From Nitrososphaerota archaeon (lineage in GTDB: Archaea; Thermoproteota; Nitrososphaeria; Nitrososphaerales; Nitrosopumilaceae): a DNA stretch of 35,330 nt. The stretch is from assembly GCA_052386635.1 (NCBI GenBank), contig JBQTJY010000090.1:1-35330 (forward strand). The letters run 5' to 3'. This document shows positions 32,816 through 35,330 of the stretch, piece after piece. The stretch's first letter is position 1; every line of letters begins with the position of its first letter. The position numbers and the translations under genes are program-made. Under the pieces are notes generated by a model that was given only the letters and a program-made list of their open reading frames with translations, was not told the DNA's origin and searched no databases.

Positions 32816-33118
32816 ATGGCTAATGATCCTCACATTAAACGTCTTTTCTGGTTTTTATTTGCTGGGTCTAGAGGTGGTTTGAATAGATTAAGAATAGTAA
32901 AAACAATTCATGAAAAACCTCTTAATGCAAATCAACTTGCAAAAGATCTAGGACTCGACTATAAAGCAATACAACATCATGTCAATATATTGGAAAAAAA
33001 TAACATTATAACAAAAGTAGGTGAAAAGTACGGAGTTACCTATTTTGTCTCAACATTTTTAGAAGTAAATATGGAGAGCTTTGATGAAATTGTTGCAAAA
33101 TTGGATAAAAGTAAATAA
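32816..33118 (+). CDS. ArsR/SmtB-family winged helix-turn-helix transcriptional regulator
   Basis: 100 aa. RLRIVKTIHEKPLNANQLAKDLGLDYKAIQHHVNILEKNNIITKV is a classic ArsR-type HTH plus wing. Confidence 0.7.
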   Translation: MANDPHIKRLFWFLFAGSRGGLNRLRIVKTIHEKPLNANQLAKDLGLDYKAIQHHVNILEKNNIITKVGEKYGVTYFVSTFLEVNMESFDEIVAKLDKSK

Positions 33119-33143
33119 GACTTTAAGGTGTGCAGTCATCTAA

Positions 33144-33428
33144 ATGGAATCGACTTCGGCAGTCTTGTCAGGTGTTTCAATTGCAAACATGATTGTACTT
33201 GGAATACTGATGTACATATTTGGAAAAATGTATACAAAAACAAAGGCGCAGCTACCACTAGGCTTGATAGTCGTTGCAGCTATGTTGTTTTTACATAATG
33301 TTATTGGTTCTTATGCATATTTTTCAATGCAACATATTTTTTCGCCAGAAATATTTCCTTACATGCTGGGAGTAGGTATTGCGGAACTGGCAGGATTATT
33401 ATTATTTCTTAAAATAACTATGGATTAA
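33144..33428 (+). CDS. small integral membrane protein (3 TM), hypothetical; probably co-transcribed with the ArsR-like regulator
   Basis: 94 aa with three hydrophobic helices. There is a 25-nt gap after the regulator gene. Confidence 0.45.
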   Translation: MESTSAVLSGVSIANMIVLGILMYIFGKMYTKTKAQLPLGLIVVAAMLFLHNVIGSYAYFSMQHIFSPEIFPYMLGVGIAELAGLLLFLKITMD

Positions 33429-33435
33429 GGCAGAG

Positions 33436-33443
33436 TTTTATAA
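33436..33443 (+). promoter_or_regulatory. TATA-like box for deoxyhypusine synthase
   Basis: TTTTATAA centred about 25 nt upstream of ATG 33465. Confidence 0.3.
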
Positions 33444-33464
33444 CCGAACTCGAGTCTCTATCGC

Positions 33465-34406
33465 ATGATCAAAGCAGGACGAGATGTAAAAGACATTTCA
33501 ATAAAAAAAGAATCAAACATTGAAGAAATATTTGAACAAATGTCACAATCAGGAGGATTTGAGGCAAGAAATCTTGCTGAAGGATTAGACATTCTAACAA
33601 CAATGATTCCTGATAAAAAATGCCTGAAATTTCTGTCATTTATTGCCGCAATTATCTCAACAGGTCTTCGTGGTGTACTCAAGGACATGATAAAAAACAA
33701 GTGGTTTGATGTTGTTATCACAACTTGTGGTTCGCTTGATCATGACATTGCAAGATATTTCTCAAATTACAAGGAAGGTGATTTTGCACTAGATGATAAA
33801 CAGCTGGCTGATCAACATATCCACAGACTAGGCAATGTGCTTGTACCAATGGAAAGTTATGGTCCAATAATTGAAGAAAAGATGCAAGCCTTTTTGGAAG
33901 AAGAGTACAAGGCAGGACACAAAGAGATGTCTACTGCTGATATTACAAAAATGATTGGCCGTCATATGGGCGAAAACTCGTTATTGTATTGGGCATACAA
34001 AAATGAGATTCCTGTTATTGTTCCTGGTATAATGGATGGTGCTGTTGGAAGTCAGATATGGCTTTTTACACAAAAACATCATGATTTTAAATTAAATCTC
34101 ACTGCAGACGCAGATCTTTTGTCTGGTTTTATCTTTAAGGCAAAAAAATCAGGTGCGTTAATGATTGGCGGAGGGGTACCAAAACATCATACACTTTGGT
34201 GGAATCAATATAGAGATGGTTTGGACTATGCAGTATACATAACAACTGCACAAGAATTTGATGGAAGCTCAAGTGGTGCACTAGTTGATGAGGCAATATC
34301 ATGGGGAAAGGTAACACAAAATGCAAAGCAAACTACAGTACATGCAGAGGCAACAACAATTCTTCCATTTCTGTACTCTGCATTGCTTTCAAGATTAGAG
34401 AAATAA
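33465..34406 (+). CDS. dys: deoxyhypusine synthase
   Basis: 313 aa. Has GFEARNLAEG, IISTGLRGV, TTCGSLDHDI, GGGVPKHH and EAISWGK (catalytic Lys region), all typical of DHS. Confidence 0.9.
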   Translation: MIKAGRDVKDISIKKESNIEEIFEQMSQSGGFEARNLAEGLDILTTMIPDKKCLKFLSFIAAIISTGLRGVLKDMIKNKWFDVVITTCGSLDHDIARYFSNYKEGDFALDDKQLADQHIHRLGNVLVPMESYGPIIEEKMQAFLEEEYKAGHKEMSTADITKMIGRHMGENSLLYWAYKNEIPVIVPGIMDGAVGSQIWLFTQKHHDFKLNLTADADLLSGFIFKAKKSGALMIGGGVPKHHTLWWNQYRDGLDYAVYITTAQEFDGSSSGALVDEAISWGKVTQNAKQTTVHAEATTILPFLYSALLSRLEK

Positions 34407-34417
34407 TTTATCTAAAT

Positions 34418-35330
34418 CTAGTAATAATGATGTATTTGGCGCTGTTCTATTCCTTCTTGTTCAAAATGATTGTGTGACTTTCCACCATCGTGGTGAGCAT
34501 GAACTGTGCCATCTATATGGCAGTGCGTATTATCGATTTCATCTTTCATAAAAATATCATCTACATTTAGCAAGGAAATAGTAGTTTCAACCGCTGTCTT
34601 GATTATCTGTTCTTTTACAGCAAGGGTTTCAATCACATTTTTTGAAAAAACCTCAGCTACTTTTCTTTGAGATGAATCTATGCCAAACCATTCATAACTA
34701 TCATTAGAAAATTGAGCGTGTTTTGCTCTAAGTTCGGTAATAGTATTAATGACATCCATGCCTACATTTCTAGCAAGAGTTATTGGAATTTCTTCTAACG
34801 CTTCAGCAAACTTTTCTATAACAATTTGTTCTTTTCCTTCAACCATGTAAGCACTTTGTCTTACTTTTTGTGCAATTATTGATTCTGTCGATCCACCTCC
34901 ACCAACTATTTGTGGATTCTCTATGAAATTTCGTAAAACAAAATATGCATTTTTGATTGTTCGATGGAACTCCTCAAGATATTTTTTAGAATTTGCTCTC
35001 AACAAAATTGTAATTGCTTTTGGATTCTTACATTCATCAACAAACACCATCTTGTCCTCGCTTACTATTTTTTCATAAACTTTTTTTGCATAACCAAGAT
35101 CATTTTCGGAAATGTTTTCAAGTTTGTCACATATTTTTGCACCAGTTGCTTTCTCAATCCACCACAAATCATTTTCAGTTGCACGCTTAATAGAAATTAT
35201 TCCATATTTTGCAAGACGTTCTTGGGCAAATGAGTTAATTCCTCGTCTAGATATCACAACATTAATTCCCGCATCAATTATTTTCTGAACTTTTTCTAAG
35301 ACCGTATCAGATTCTCGTTTTATGAACACA
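34418..35330 (-). CDS. thermosome subunit (group II chaperonin), C-terminal part; N-terminus lies beyond the right window edge; carries an unusual His-rich tail
   Basis: The ORF is open to the window edge. AGINVVISRRGINSFAQERLAKYGIISIKRATENDLWWIEKATGAKI and QIVGGGGSTE match thermosome apical and equatorial motifs. It ends with ...THCHIDGTVHAHHDGGKSHNHFEQEGIEQRQIHHYY. Confidence 0.9.
   Translation of the reverse strand, partial: VFIKRESDTVLEKVQKIIDAGINVVISRRGINSFAQERLAKYGIISIKRATENDLWWIEKATGAKICDKLENISENDLGYAKKVYEKIVSEDKMVFVDECKNPKAITILLRANSKKYLEEFHRTIKNAYFVLRNFIENPQIVGGGGSTESIIAQKVRQSAYMVEGKEQIVIEKFAEALEEIPITLARNVGMDVINTITELRAKHAQFSNDSYEWFGIDSSQRKVAEVFSKNVIETLAVKEQIIKTAVETTISLLNVDDIFMKDEIDNTHCHIDGTVHAHHDGGKSHNHFEQEGIEQRQIHHYY

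Noticed and set aside
1-35330. CRISPR arrays, transposases, integrases, prophage or plasmid genes, toxin-antitoxin pairs, and rRNA genes.
   Set aside because: I saw no regularly spaced direct repeats, no DDE, tyrosine or serine recombinase motifs, and no rRNA-like sequence on either strand. The three tRNA genes have no adjacent integrase or duplicated 3' tRNA fragment that would mark an integration site.

Overview
This is an AT-rich, gene-dense archaeal chromosome segment. The gene content suggests a marine ammonia-oxidising thaumarchaeon (Nitrosopumilales-like), which is an inference from the thermosome, deoxyhypusine synthase, a heme-copper oxidase operon that carries blue-copper proteins instead of cytochrome c, F420-dependent NADP reductase, tRNAs without encoded CCA, and TATA-like boxes about 25-29 nt upstream of start codons. 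The window has three parts.

(1) Positions 1 to about 12000 hold a visibly more AT-rich cell-surface glycan island. Its core is a pseudaminic-acid-type nonulosonic sugar pathway: a PseB-like dehydratase, a PseC-like aminotransferase, GNATs, PseG and a frameshifted PseI/NeuB. Unusual extras sit inside it: a FAE1/type III PKS-like condensing enzyme, a FabG-like reductase, a PIG-L deacetylase, an LpxD-like N-acyltransferase, a methyltransferase and a short sugar-dehydrogenase-like protein.

(2) Positions 12000 to about 17300 hold an amino-acid and aldehyde module. It contains a class III aminotransferase with an in-frame TAA, an aminoacyl-CoA ammonia-lyase-like hotdog protein, an ALDH7-type dehydrogenase, a PhyH dioxygenase and a methyltransferase.

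(3) Positions 17300 to 35330 are mostly core genes: mtnA, a DUF59-PqqD fusion, aminotransferases, the complex IV operon with a split subunit II, a di-cupredoxin, a compact CtaA, ilvE, aspartate kinase, a GT-B glycosyltransferase, a radical SAM protein, an ArsR regulator, deoxyhypusine synthase, a thermosome subunit with a His-rich tail, and three tRNAs (Arg-TCG, Lys-CTT, Val-TAC).

I saw no CRISPR array, transposase or integrase. All calls come from reading motifs by eye. No search or folding program was run, so family assignments are motif-level and start sites are provisional.
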